A model generated the notes under the pieces. That model ran no database searches, was not told where the DNA came from, and was given only the letters and a program-made list of their open reading frames with translations. Shown piece after piece: positions 23,725-36,899 of a DNA stretch of 64,000 nt. How positions within the stretch are numbered: the first letter of the stretch is position 1; each line of letters opens with the position of its first letter. The stretch is from positions 1,674,001 to 1,738,000 of the forward strand of contig JAYWIR010000037.1 in the NCBI GenBank assembly GCA_036172245.1. Direction: 5' to 3'. Source of the DNA: Raillietiella orientalis (Eukaryota). The translations under genes and the position numbers were made by a program.

Positions 23725-24832
23725 CCCTTGAAATCCTGGTAGTGTCCGAAGGGTACATTTTCGAATCGACTTACATACTAAATTAAAAGTGTTTATTTGA
23801 TCGCAAAATTACTTCGTCTTATTCATCCTCTTCGTTTAATTTTAAAAATTATCTTGCCAAATTTTTTTCAAAAGAAAAAAAAAACACTGCTTTCTTTATT
23901 TTAATAATTTACCGAAAATACAGCATAACAGCTCAGATGTGTCCATTGGACACTGTTCGATACAATACAGATTCGCACGTTTGAGCCTGTTAGAAGCCAC
24001 AAGTAAATAAAGTGAAAATTGCGTGCCGTTACTATTTTTATTTGTTCTATCAATATTTACTGACATATGCGGACGCGAAGATTTGATTATGCAAAGTGCC
24101 TCTGATAGTGAAAGTAACTTCACAGGATGTCATCTGAAGTCGGTGATCAGCGATTGTGTAGTGGTGGCGGAGATGCAAATGAAGGGGAACAGGAAAATAA
24201 TTGTAATAATCCGATTGACGAAGAATATGTGGGGAAAGGTGGTGGGAAGCAGCATGGGAAAACACAACTCCACGGCATAACATGATCGGGGGCGGAGTTC
24301 ATGGGGTTTTTCTCCCACCAGAGAAAGGGATTCAAGATCCCACAGGCAGTTGCCATTTATTCCCCGGCCGGAATTCGCTGGAACTTATTGTAAGGCATTC
24401 CAATTCCGAAGCTGAAAGGGAATCGGGAAGTAAACGGGAACCAATGGATACAATCGAATTACAAGCATTTATAGGTCTGGTGTTAATAAACGGAGCAACG
24501 TAGATTTTAGAGAGTATTGGGACCCGATATTTGGTAATCCGATATTCCATGCAACCGTGAGGAGAAATCGATGTGCGTCTATTCTACTCTTTCTATGATG
24601 ATTTGAGGATAAAAATATGAGGACACTTGAAAAGTCAAATGATAGACTAACACTAAAAAAATAATTTGTGTCAACTGTCTTCCTAAATAAATAATAATAC
24701 TGTTCAGGACTTGTCTAATATGATGACAATAAAAAAATTCCACATAAAAATTTACTTCATTTTAATATAATTTAGAGCAATGTGTCTATCGAACACCATT
24801 GGTCAATTATGTTAATGCTGGGTTGTTAAGGG
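23725..24832 (+). mobile_element. Internally deleted piggyBac transposon
   Basis: LELIVRHSNSEA...MDTIELQAFIGLVLING...YWDPIFGNPIFHATVRRNR...ILLFL**FEDK..R...NDRL is the DDE_Tnp_1_7 N-terminal part. The left end is TTAA|CCCTT at 23721-23729 and the right end is AAGGG|TCAA at 24828-24836. GTGTC..ACAC subterminal palindromes occur near both ends. Confidence 0.85.
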
Positions 24833-25429
24833 TCAAATTGTACGTTCTAGACTGAGGATTTTCAAGACGCCTTGGTTTGAACAACAGGTTTCTCAAAAAG
24901 CATGCAAATCCGTTTCCCTTTGAAATACCAGATGAGCAAATGGAGAGACCTCGGTAAGAGATGAAGCATTGGGAATATTCCCTGAATGTCGCATTAACGA
25001 GTCCTCGAGCCATATAGTTCTGGAACAAGTGGTGCGTATATGGTTGTTCCACATTGAGAATCGGGACATCCTCATCCACTGCTATTCTTTGCAACCTTCA
25101 CTTAGGAAATTCAACACGCAACAGGCGTCTACAGGAAAGAATCTTATGCTGGCTGGTACTCCTTCCTCCTGAGAAACCAAGCAATTCGAGTGTACTGGGA
25201 TAAAAACGAAAGCAAAATCATATTAGCCTTCATTAATATGGTTTTGCTTCACTGAGTATTCTCCAAGGAAGAATAGGCGTGCAAAATCAAAAGAAATTTC
25301 AAGCATTTTCTGAATTAAAAACCTGGAAGTATATAAATTCATATTAGAGATTTTTACAATTTTCCTCTTCCGCCATCAATCTCTACCTTCATCTAGTGTT
25401 TAGAGGGATAAACAGTTCGAGATCGTACT

Positions 25430-25560
25430 GGGAACAAGTCTGTTCTCAGCTGCAAGATGCATGGACCATCGAAACTGCTAAGGAAAAACTGACTTTTCAC
25501 CTCGCCCGCTACCAACTCCCATGTACCAGTAACGCTGAAGCTGTCTTCGAATCACACTGA
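25430..25560 (+). mobile_element. Possible hAT C-terminal dimerisation domain remnant
   Basis: SYW...HLARYQLPCTSNAEAVFES resembles W...LA..xLxLPxSNAxxERxFS. Confidence 0.3.
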
Positions 25561-26169
25561 GCACAGACCAAATCGTGCCTCCATGATAATTACAGCAAAT
25601 AAGCTTCACTTAACATGGAAATTCTGTTTCTTTTATCATTTGAGCTCTCTTACCAGCATTTAGGTCGTCTGCAACAGTGCATTATGACTTTCGTAAACCA
25701 TACTTTTCCTACTTTACTCCCGGTCAAAGAGGGAAGCAGAGACTGCTATTTGTAAGAAAAAAAAAAAATAATAATAATTCTCTTGCAACAGTTTACGCTG
25801 CTCCTGCCTCCATGTTTGATCAGAACGTAGTCCACCGGTGCAATCCTCTCCTCAGGATAATTTCTCATGAAATGCAACACCCAAATGTTTATTAAAGGAA
25901 GCGTTAGTGGGAGATTGCTTCGGGAAAGAAGCCTTAAATCAGAGCACTACGAAGCGGAACATAGGGTGTTGACCTTCCTTTGCACAACAGAAATTCATCG
26001 ACATTTTCATTTCGAGAAGAAAATTCGCTTCCATCTTAGAAAACTTGACTGTTCCTCAGCCTCCGATGCACGGGAGCTACGCGATGAACAGCTGTGCATT
26101 CAGGAGTGAATCCAGCGAAAACGATCAAAATACCGTTGGGTAATATTCTTGCTGAATTTGTCTAAAGTG

Positions 26170-27540
26170 AGTGCGCATCCTCATCTGTAGGTTTGCCGCC
26201 ATCGATGAGCGTGAATCGAGCTCTCCAACGAGTCGGTCTCATCCTCCAGCACCCTCGGTCTTTGGCGGCGATCTTCAGTCAGGCTTTCAGCATGACAGCA
26301 GTGATTTTACCTCAAGAAATGCGGTGATTGGTGTTTTCCTCAATCCGAGAGGCGAAGGGATTGTCCATTCCAGCAAACAAATGCAACCAACAAACAGCCT
26401 TTCGATCTCAAGTCCGTGTTTTCCTGGATGCGGTGTGCAGCTCTTTCCCAAGTTCGTATTCACCTCCATACCGAAAAAAACCCTTCCTTGTCCCCGCTTT
26501 CCATTCTACATTCTTACGCAAAATGGAAGAAGGAAAGGGAACAAAGTTTGCGGTTTCGCTTTTCTTGGTAGTTTCCCACCTGGACGATGAGGACTTTCCA
26601 TCCTTCAGCAATTCGCTCTTCTCTTCAGCTCTTCTTATTCAAAGACGCTTGCGCTTTTTGAAGACTTCACGTTTCCTATGGATCCTAGCCTGTTCTCTTC
26701 CTCCACGAGTGGCCTTCTAGCCCATATGCCAGATCTTGATGCTTCTGTGAAAAGTCGTTCTACCGCTTTCGGTTTTGCGATCATTTTGGTTCTGATGCAA
26801 CTTCCAGCCACGGTTGCTCCTCTTGTTATTCGGTTGTTCAGCCTTTCCTCCGCGACCCGTTTTCCTGTTCTTTGCACTTGACTTTCTGAAAAGTGAAGGA
26901 CTGTCCCTGAAGTTGTGACTGCTCTTTGTGCGTTCACGCTTGCCGTGCTCCGTCACGGGACAAGCCAAATGCTCTTTTCCCTACGTTTTGAGATACCAGA
27001 CTGCTCCATGGACGAGCGTCTTATATCTGGCAGAAGCTGGGTGCTGGTGCCGGTGTGTGGCTTGCAAATTCAAAAATCATCCAACAGGTGAATGAGAATG
27101 CACATGCTTCAAGTGGCACTTTTATGGATGCCTCTCCAAAGAAAGTCTTGGCCTAAGTTTTTTGTAATCCACCGTGGCAAAGTACTTCAAGACTGTTCTT
27201 CTCAGACGTAGTAGATTGAGGGCTCACAAGTGTACGACGGCTGCGACGTTTTCAACCAGCTCCGTGGCTCCTTTAAGGTTTCCTCCAATAATGTTGGAGC
27301 ACTCCGTTCCACGAGAACATCGACGAATTTGTCACCGTCCGTGTAGCCCGAAGATTGTGATGTGGCGCGGTGTAATTCCCGGCATCCCTCGACACCATGT
27401 AGGATGCCATTGCCGCGGAGTAGCTGCTCCCGTCTTCCTGCAGGCGTGGAAAACTTCTATCTGAACAGCCGGTGATTTTACCTGTTCTCTGTGCTCACGG
27501 AAATCTTCCACATTTTCAAAGAAATCTGCCAGGAGCAAAC
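26170..27540 (-). mobile_element. Decayed LINE with SGNH-esterase ORF1 followed by APE endonuclease
   Basis: GNGILHGV (GDSI), AAVVHL*ALNL (VVHVGTND), FGLSRDG..VNAQ (RDGxHLN), then ERLFVGCI (endonuclease). Confidence 0.5.
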
Positions 27541-28149
27541 CAGCTCAATGCACACAGCCACGAAATGCGCTACTTGGACCAACTCGACCTCCACCAGGTG
27601 GCCCGTTGCAGAAGTCAGCTTCGAGATGACAGTGCAGAGGCATAGCGGCATCACTTTGCGACTATCCTGTTATCTCGAAGGAGTTGACCTTTCCAACAGC
27701 TGTTCTGGCTGTTGGAGGGATCAGTGAACGAATCTCTTGTTAACATAGGAAGTGGCTTTTTTTTAGCTGAACCCCCTCGTGGCATTAAGGCAGTCCATTT
27801 TACCCCCCATATGCATGTCAAGAAGTGGATAAAGAACGTCACAAACTTCCCTAATCACAAGATAACATTTGTTTTCGATTTTCCTCAAAGGCATCTTGAT
27901 GACTTTGAATTCTTGGTGGGTTTTCGGCTCATCATCATAAGATATTTTTGTTTTCAGAAGAGTCCCTTGCTTTCCTAGAAATAACGTCCACTATACGCAT
28001 CTTCGAGAAAAACTGCCTCTATGAAACCCTGTATTGTAATTACAAAAATATGCAAGTTTGGGGAAAACGATTGCTTAATCAAAAAGTATTTTTTTTTTTT
28101 TTTTTCTAAAAAAAAGGCCAGTCATTGTTCCCATTTTTGCAGAACGTCA

Positions 28150-29330
28150 CCTTAAAATCACTAGAGGCAATATTCTGTCCCGGAACACCTGTCTCAAGAC
28201 TGCTTTCGAAAAGTACTGTTTACCGTTCCTCTTCATCTACCACGAAAGTACTCCTATCTAAAGAAAGCCTTTTCCTCGTTACCATCAGCGAGAGTTGGTT
28301 TAGGATACTTGCTCGCGTTTTAGTTCATATCTTAGATGTACCCTTTAATCTCCCCGTGTATTAAAACTGCTGCAACCTTCCGAAAGCCTCAGGAAGCTGC
28401 TCGTTCCGATAATTGACGTGACCGTTGGGTTCGTTCTTTATTCATGTCCCAGTCATCGGCGAAAAGTAGCTTTGGTTTTGGTCCTTAGCTTTCACCAAGT
28501 AAAAGCTGGAATTGCCTGGTCTGTGGTGCGAATGAGATGAACATTTCATCCTGCACGATGCATATCAAGAGTTGGTGCCATTCTGTGAGAACTGTGTCTC
28601 GAAAGATTCGGTCAGCAGCTGCTGACTTCATCGGTTCCAAAAGCTCAGCAGGTTCAAGAAAACTTTTGTTGAACTCAACTCGAGGAGCTCTTCAACTTTT
28701 CATGGGAAGATTGATGGCATTCGTACACTCATCGAAGTCATTGGCGTCCCCTGTAAATTTGGTTCATTAGAAACACTCCTCAGGTCAGAGGCAAGGTTTC
28801 GGGTTAATGTGGCACAGTTCGAAAACCTGACTCAGGAGATGAAATCGCCTTGATTTTCAAGTTTGTAATTGCTTGGAATAAATTGCTGAAGCTAGGATTA
28901 TTGATATCCTTACAGTCGCTGGGGATGTCTTCTTCGTCCTCGCTTTTAAGACTGTATTGAAAGGAATTAGGTCGAATTCTGGATTTCCGTGCTTTTCAGA
29001 TTCAAATTCAAACCCGACGAAATGAATCCGCTTTTCCTGCTAGCAAAGCTATGCTTTTTCCAATAGGAGACAAAGCTTGATTAATGACCGTTCCTGCGTT
29101 CTTCCTCAAGCATTCCATCCGTCAGCCGATGACGCTTGATAAATGCCAGTTTTTGCAATCGAATTTCCAGTGCGCTCGAATCAAACTGCTCACAGAAACT
29201 ATCTTTCTTATGCCACGAGTTTCCTGAATTTTACTATCCAAATGGGGCAATTCGGCCAATGAATAGGGTCAGTCCAGAATTCGCTGTCAAATTGGAAGTT
29301 TCTGCTGCAAATGGTCATTTAGAATCATTT
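28150..29330 (-). mobile_element. Decayed LINE ORF2 reverse transcriptase
   Basis: Ordered RT motifs LQKL...TDGM, PESGFR (QxGFR), DANDFDEC (DxxxAFDxV), LTEW...IVQD..IS (GVxQG) and an intact KLLFADD at ~28450-28475. Confidence 0.7.
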
Positions 29331-29449
29331 GAAAAGGACGTGTACACGAGCAAAATTTTGCTATCCTTGAGTTGCAGTGCCTTTTCCCACTCGCCCCCCC
29401 CCCGGTGCATGGGCTATAAGGATGAAGTCACTTCATAGCAGTAATTGTA

Positions 29450-30142
29450 CTCTCAGTCCAAATCATTTTTAAGAATGACTCATTGCAGCAACACTGTAGC
29501 ATGATAGTGATGATTGTTTTCGACACAGGGAAAAGGATTTTTCCGTCTTCTGCTTCTTCCCTGATTTGCCTTTTGACACGCTAATTGTGTCCGGTCTTTG
29601 ACACACGAGCATGAGTCCCAGTTTTATACTGCCTCAATCGGTGATCTTCCTTTCGGAATGATGGACAGAGCGCAAACACTGAACTGCCTACCAGTACAAC
29701 AAAGTGTCACAGACCTCTGTACATTAAATGAAATCAGAATGCTACGGCATCCTGGAGACTGGATTCCAGTTCTTCGAATGTGGATGTAGTTTGTGCACTG
29801 AGATTGCTTTTCTGTTCCAATCAGGCAACTAAGTCGCATCGAGTAATAGAATGTTCTATAAAGTTAAATCTTTATGAAACATTCTATTTGTTCTGCGTTG
29901 GACCATGAATGGGAAGGAAAACGGTACGAAGTAGAAAATGACCATGGAACTTTGCTTCTTCACCATTTCTGCTCTTAATACCTCTGTGTCAAATAAAAAT
30001 TTGACTAAAGCATTATTTTAAAATACTTTCTCTTAATATACTTTCTAATAGCATATGTCATTATTTCAAGATATGTGCATATCTTGAAAGGTTTCATGTG
30101 GGACGAAGCTGACGCAAAATGAGCATTCGCTTACAAAGAGGG
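29450..30142 (+). mobile_element. piggyBac-like 3' end remnant
   Basis: ETGFQFFECGCSLCTEIAF resembles the piggyBac Cys-rich tail (ETxYxCxxCxVxLC...CF). An AT-rich trailer follows, with a subterminal palindrome at 30064-30089 and a GAGGG|TT end. Confidence 0.4.
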
Positions 30143-31544
30143 TTTCGAAGAACACATTGACTGGAGAAGGTACATTCCACAATAAAAATAAGATTGTCTT
30201 AAACTCTCGATTAGAACTAAGCTCAATTTCGTGAGCGATTCAATCCGAGATCTTTTCCATGTTCCTTTCTCTTAGATAAGAGCTGTTTGCTCATGGCTGA
30301 AATACCAACCTGATTATACTTTACTGCGTACAGCATCAGCGCTTGCTCTCTACCTAATGGTCTTTTATCTTCTCATGGTACCGTTCGAAACTGTGGACAT
30401 ACATATTAAAGTAGAATCGAGGACTTATTAATTATATTGATAGAATGCATTCCAATAAATCTTAATAAATGTACATGAGCCAATAATGTTACTTCTAATA
30501 ATCTGCACGTTAATATGTTCAAATAAATTTGTATGTTAATTTATGTAGAGGAAGCGCAAGTGTTCGTTTTTTATGGTCCTTCGGGATCTTGAACCGAACC
30601 CTCTATTTTTTCATGCGGATGAATTCCATATGGTTGCTGTTTTGGAATGATGACGGAGTCCATACAGGCCTACAGCTCCACTCTAAATTGTTCTCTGAAA
30701 TGCAGTTTCGTTATTGAGAGGATTCTCTTGAGAGGAATGGTTATGAGAAATTCATCAAGGGAGTGCTTTCGATTCCTTGTAGCCATTATAGTCCAGGATG
30801 CAAATTCATCTCCTCAAGATTCATTGGCATTCCCATAAATGTCCTGAAACCTCATCAATCATTTGGTCGATGCAGTAAAGTCTCGCGTGCTCACTTTCCA
30901 ATGATACCTGAATGGAAGCTACAAAATGGAATGGTGTTTCCAAATGTGCAATTTGTAGATGTTGCTTTGTGCTGCTGGCTGCCATCATAAATTTCTTGAA
31001 GGTGTCTTTTTTATTATTATTATTATTAGGGTTTAATCAGTCCAGGATATGCACATTTTGGTAGCAGCTTTTGAATTCATGCAAACTGGTCCCCAAAAGT
31101 GAAATCCACAGCAAATCAGCTACCCAAGACCAACTGCACATCTGCGGAAAAGAGCGAAAACTGTACTCTGCTTGATCATGCTCTTCCAGCAGCATCCACT
31201 GGATTCTCTCTTCCTAATTCCAACATCGGAAACTCAAATCAGGTGCTGCCTTCGGGGGGGGGAACCTATGCGTCTCGCCTCCGAAGCATATGGAGGACGT
31301 GGATAGTTTGCACATAAGAAATCATGAATTTCTGGATCCATCATAATTTGTTGAGATGTAGGAAGCGTCTTTACCAGAGTTCTTTATGATTTGCACGAAT
31401 TGTCCTTGAAGCGTTCTGAGCCTCCAAGTTGCTTTCCTATTGGAAGCATTAGCTGAGGTCCTTGATTACAGCCGTATCCACCAATTATGAAAGCATGGTT
31501 TCCTACTGATATCTTTGTATTCATCTCCCGTCACAACTAGAGTC

Positions 31545-31670
31545 TGAAAGAGCCCTTGAGTTTCTTTGAGCCATGCGACCCACGCATCGGGTGAGTGCTT
31601 AGTTAGGATGCACTTCGGAATGCATGTTCCCTCTGTAAGAGACACACTGCCCTGCTCAGTTTCTAGATGC
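31545..31670 (-). repeat. Dispersed repeat (SINE-body-like), related copies at ~35645-35810 (+) and ~53690-53825 (-)
   Basis: Shared cores CTAGAA...GAGGGAACA(TG)CATT(C)C(G)AAGT and AAG(G)CCCTC....CAAGAG, seen by eye. Confidence 0.3.
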
Positions 31671-32599
31671 CATTTGACGAAAATTCGGTTCGCATACTAG
31701 AGTTTGCATCTCTCCTCCATCTTTGGAAAGAATGCAGCAGCAAAACCACACAGGGAGCAGTCAGGCAGCCTACCAGCCTACCGATTTTCATTTCCATGCA
31801 GGCTGCCATTTTTCCTTTCCACAGTTTCTTTGCACATACAAGTTATCTGGGAAGTGACCATTTATGATATCTTCTGCAGTGAGATCAAGGCGCGAAAACT
31901 CCTTAAGCAAGTGTGAAGCTGACAAAGAAGGATAATGGAGAGCGTGCTCAGACACAGGTATTTGATGCCAGTTATGGAAAAATGAAACTACGGATTGGTC
32001 GCCATGGATTCGAATCCACTGAGGGAAAAGTTCCTCAAAGTCTGAGGAAAAGACACAAGCCTCCCTGCGGGTGACAGTGCGCACGCTTTCGTGCTACTCC
32101 AGGCTCCTGGAGGAACAGACAGTCGCTGCAGGAAATTGCATAGGAGATCACTTGTAGTTCTGAAGATCGGAGCGACCAAGGCGAATCGGCGAACGTAAAA
32201 AAAGCGATGACTGATGAGGGGAGGCGGAAGTAGGAAAAATTTTCAGTTTCTGCTCGATGCTCTGGAGGATCAGGATCGACTTTGGCGACCCAATCCAAAT
32301 TGCGTAATGGCGGGGGGAGAGGTGAGCAGATCCCGGTCACCAAAGACACCACATGGGAACACCTGTAACTCCAACATAGCAGTAATTAGGTTTCCTACAG
32401 CGCTGCAAAGAAAGGATTTCAGCAGATAACACGAGATCAATTAAAATCTGAGACCAACAAACTGATCGAGTGGTTTTACTGGTTCCCTCAAAAGTTCAAA
32501 AGCTGCAGCGTGCAAGTGGAGTCCTGGGAAAATGGTGCTTCCGGTGAATAATAGGCCATTTTACAGCATGAAGCGCACTGGAGCTCACGTTCTCATCTT

Positions 32600-33770
32600 C
32601 ACCACATTTTCCAGCAAAATGTTTTGAAAATTGCAATCATCCACTCTTGCAGAGAATTGAGTTCGGATCGTACATGATGGAGGAAATTATTTTTCCAGTA
32701 AGAAGTCATGGTCCTGGATCTTGGTTCCTCAGCGTCCGTATCTATTGTAATTCTCTGCTTACCTCTATCTCTGTTCTGAAGGATTACTGCGGAATCGCAG
32801 TTTATTCGGAAAAAATCCAATAAATTGCAAGGACTTCGTTCAGAGGGGTTCAGCCTTTCACTGATTCACTTCGGAAATGGGCTTAAACGTTTTCAGTACG
32901 TTGTTTTTCTTTCTTTTCTTTTTTCTTTCTTCGATACTTTCCACCATTCTAAGGTGTTGTCCTACTTGCCATTCCACTTTTCGCCGTCGAAAAAAATCTT
33001 CTCTCTCTTCATTTTGTAGGCAGCTTTGCCAATTTCATGTTCTCCTTAGAGCTCTTCTTCAAAGGAACGGCAAACATGAATTCTTGCTGTGCTCTTAACC
33101 CAAGAGATGTCGATCCCTGATCCATTTCCATCAGTTGATCCATTTGTCCGATCCTTAAAAGCATTCATATTGTACGTGAAGTCATTTCGGAAAGGGTGCT
33201 TTGTGTTTCCAGCCTCCAATCAAATGCTGCATTCAGCTCCGATGTTTCTCTTTGGTCTCTTGCGTTCCTCGGGATACCTCGTTTGCATCCCTTGCTCCCC
33301 TAATGAAGCATAGTTTCTTCCTAAAATCTCTGCTGGAAGCACCAGCGATTAGAGCGATTAAGAAAACGCATTGATGACTCTTGCCACAGCAACGACCTTC
33401 AACAAACGAGACTACTTTGTTCCCGACGCGCGCGGCCTTCCCCGAGGTCAGACGGGAGAGGCGCCCATGGGCGGTGTCGGGAAGAGCAGCGACTGCAGCC
33501 GGCATCAGACGTCATGGGTAGCGACCTCCACCACCACTACACACCTCCAGCACCCGCGCTGTCTCCGCGACAGGTCTCCGCGCGTGGCACCAGGCATTGC
33601 GGGTTCGAATCCCCGTCTGCATGATCGACGTCGAGAAATGGGTGCGTTGAGGTTTTCGAGTCCTCTCCTGCAGGATGATTGTGGTTGGCTCATGGGCTTC
33701 GGGTGTGCCTCTGGTGGTAGCCGGAAACCTGGTGCCACCGACCGGAACTTTCTGGGTCCTTCCGAGAATC
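32600..33770 (-). mobile_element. Decayed LINE with SGNH-esterase ORF1 and endonuclease
   Basis: MPGATRGDL...VVVVEVATHDV (PGAxxxD...VVVHVGTND), WIRDRHLL (RDGxHL), then RGKQRITID...VRSELN (TWxxG..SxID...GSDHN). Confidence 0.55.
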
Positions 33771-33924
33771 AAGGAGCCGGATCTTTCCAGCTGTGCAAAT
33801 GAAGACGATCTTCCTCCTCTCAGGTGGATCCCTCATAGCGTTTCATGAATCTGGGTGGTACTTCCCTCGCAGGGTTACCTCCTCGGAGTCATAAGAACGC
33901 CGCTCTGCTCAGAGGAATTTGGAA

Positions 33925-34160
33925 ACGTCCCTTCGGGGGTCTCTTCAGAGGAGGAGGAAACAAGATGTGGTTCGCTTGCGGGTTTCCTCCGAAGAAGAAA
34001 TGAAGTGCAGACCCTTCCGGGTGGTTCCCCCCGAAGAGAATAAGAAAGAGGTGGCTCCCTTTGAGGTCCTCTTAGCAGACAAGCAGGGCGATGGCTCTCT
34101 TCAGAGTTTCCCTCCTAAACGTAAGAAGGGAGGAATATTTCCTCCGGAGTCCTCCTGTAT
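33925..34160. repeat. Degenerate ~40-45 bp tandem repeat, about 5-6 units
   Basis: Recurring unit CCTT(C)NGGG(G)T(T)CC(T)CCGAAGA..AAGA..GTGGYTC, e.g. units starting near 33929, 33975, 34013, 34058, 34098 and 34140. Confidence 0.45.
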
Positions 34161-34319
34161 TCATAAGGTGGGATTGCTCCCTAACTTCAAGAGGTCACAC
34201 GCACTATCGGGTGGCGTGGACAGCTTTGTATGTGGTTTCTGAGTGATTAGCAAACCTGCTGCTTGTAGGAACATTGGCAATGTGAAGTGGTGATCAGATC
34301 ATCTCCGTTATGCAAGAAG

Positions 34320-35430
34320 TGCGATGCGGTCCAATTCATGGTTTTTGCCCCGATCTGAGTATTTCTCGACCAGGGAGTTTTGTGGCTTCCTTCGCTGGGC
34401 TCACATGCTTACGCAGGAAGTAAATTTTGCTTTTCATCTCATGGTCGAACGAGGACTGCCCACGGTTCGTCGCCTTCGGGGATCCAGAGCTCTTCCCAGG
34501 GTTTGGGAGCCATCACTCCTAGGCCGCCTGCTTGGCTTCCTTTCCCTGTTGGGTATAACTCGCTCTCTGAAGACGGAGATGGGAATCTTTTCGCAACCAC
34601 TGTGCGTACTCTCTGCTGCTTACCTTACCACTGTACTGCCTTTCTGAGGGCATCCTTCTCGGAACCTTGAGGAAGCTCCATATTTCAACGTAAGGAATGT
34701 CAAGTTCGCTCCTGACACGCAATATTCTTGAAAATGCAGATTGAAAAATGCATCATGTGAAGCAACCCAGCAAGATACCGGGGAAATCTTTTTGCAGCAA
34801 CATAGCATCCAGCTAGTATCACGGGAGAACTCTGTGCGAGACCAGGCTTAAACACTGGACGATGAACCCCAATGACGCAAACTGTCCCGCATGTGGGAGT
34901 ATAGAAGTCCCACTCCACCTGCGCACCCGTTGGACCCTATTAATGGCTTGAAAGTAGTCAAGCAGGAGATGGATCTACAAGATCAACCACGATTGGAGAT
35001 CGTCCAACAACTCTTCGAAAGAGAGGGAGTTTTCCCCTTGTATAATCCCTTGTTACGGGTGATTTCGTCCTCCGTGCAAAGCCTCGAGGGGACGTGCAGA
35101 TCTCCGCCACTTAAATCCTAATGCGGCTCCTGTGGAAAGAAGTAGCCATACGAAACTGCGGCAGGGTGCCAGCATGGAGTGTCAGACACACCCTGCGAAG
35201 AATACGGGAAGCAGAGCAACAAGTCAGTGCGAGGCTCAATCCCATGCGGTAGGAGGGCCTCCCACCAACTGCCCACGCCGATCTCGTGCTGCGCGCAAAG
35301 GACGAAACAGTCGTGACCTAATGAGAAATAGGAGCTCCTTCAAGGGCAGAAACGAAAAAACAAGGGCAGTGTCCCACAGAAAAAGGCATCGTGGTCGCTG
35401 GATCAGTGGTTGTAAAAAGAAAAAATAACA
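34320..35430 (+). mobile_element. L1/Tx1-like ORF2 3' fragment
   Basis: HWTMNPNDANCPACGSIEVPLHL at ~34855-34920 is a zf-RVT CxxC...ExxxHL knuckle. There is an A-rich end near 35415-35428. Confidence 0.6.
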
Positions 35431-35899
35431 TTCACCGCATAGCGAGTCGCATTGGAGGAAACACCACCGCCGATTGACGACGCTGTTGTTGTGCAGCTAC
35501 AGTGCTTGTGCATCCTGAAAAGGATAAGAGTGGCATCCATAGGCTCCAGACGCTGAGGAAAACTTCCTTTTTCATAACGGATCTTCGAGGGCACAATTTC
35601 GCACGACTGAAACGTACAATTACAAGTCGTGCCAAGCGGAACGCCTCCTAGAAGTGAAAGGAGAGAGCACAAGTCTGTCTCGTGCTAAAGGCCCTCTGCA
35701 TTGCAAGAGGGAACACATTTCAAGTAAGGAGAGTAACAGTGGTCCACTTTAGTGGAACGTGGTTGCCTCAGCATTTCAGCAAGAAATGAAGTCCTGGGCC
35801 ACTAAGCAGCTCTGTTTCCCTTCTTCCCATACTCTAGGAGGGTACTCTTTGAGTACAAGAAATTTCACAAAATGCTCTTGTTGTTGCTATGGATCATGT

Positions 35900-36680
35900 T
35901 GTCCCCTGCACTCATAGTGTACGCCAGGATGGTTTTCTCTGCAGCCGGTATGGAGCTTCTCTGCTTTCGGTATTAGGAATTCATGGATTTTGCGCATTTC
36001 GAGTTGGTTATTTGTTCAGACGGCTCATCAGGTCTGACATTCTGCAAGGGGTTTAAGGAATCTTAAGATTTTCGAGCCTGTTTCTAAGACATTGGCAAGA
36101 AACGAAGGCGCTTTCATAAAGGTTCCATCTCTGCATTATTCACAAATTGAAAAATTTAAAGGTATTCTGTCTGGTAATTTCTTCAAACAAGAGCATGGTG
36201 ACTGTTTTGCCTTTCTTCTTTCAGCTCCATCAGGGTAAGTAAACGATAGATCTTTTCCTGCAGACTTCATCAAAGGAAGGACTCCACTGAGCTCTGTTCG
36301 GTCCTTCAGCTTCTTCAGAGATTCGAAATTCTAAATGATAAACAAGATTTTAAAATAAAATACCATTTCTCCTTCTGATTCTTCTTTCATGATCAAAGTT
36401 GGATAGTTGAAAAGGAAGCGTTTTGACTTTGGTTTCAGAATCTTTACCAAATTAATGAGGAGCTTCTATGAAATTTGAAGGTGGATTCTGAGGAAATTCC
36501 GGGACCATTTGTGCTGCTGCCCGCATCTTCACTCCAAGCGTTCGAAGAGTTGAAGATATCCAGAAGCAGCAGAATGATGCATGGAACAAAATGGGAAACG
36601 GCGTGATTTCCTTTTCTGAATGTGCTGAAAAGGAAAAGTCGGTGGTTCAGAAAAGTCTTCCTTTGAAGCATTTTGTTAGT
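35900..36680 (-). mobile_element. Decayed LINE RT N-terminal region
   Basis: FVPCIILLLLDIFNS, TYPDG and MKAPSFLANVLETGSK..FLKPL resemble LxPxLxxLFN, GPDG and WKxAxxxPIxKxG..NxRPI. Confidence 0.35.
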
Positions 36681-36899
36681 GACAAAAGAGCACTCACTTG
36701 AGATGTGCTTTTCTACTAAGTTTGATCCCTTCGCAGTCCATCAATTCAAGGGAACTTTTAGAGCTTTTGTGCCTCCTTGACTCACTGTTTTTTGCGCCCA
36801 TTAGACGTTTGTAGCATCCTCAAAGCTGAGGCTTGAGGTTTCATGTCGTGACATTTCCTTTGGAAGATGCGATTTGAAACAGACAGAAATAAATCATTT

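Noticed and set aside
33595..33618. GGTTCGAATCC B-box / tRNA T-arm
   Set aside because: No A-box or cloverleaf, and it lies inside the antisense SGNH ORF1 remnant.
36225..36234. 10-nt microexon candidate (strong acceptor with TGC, GTAAGT donor)
   Set aside because: It is not frame-preserving, no partner exons were found, and it is embedded in antisense LINE RT sequence.
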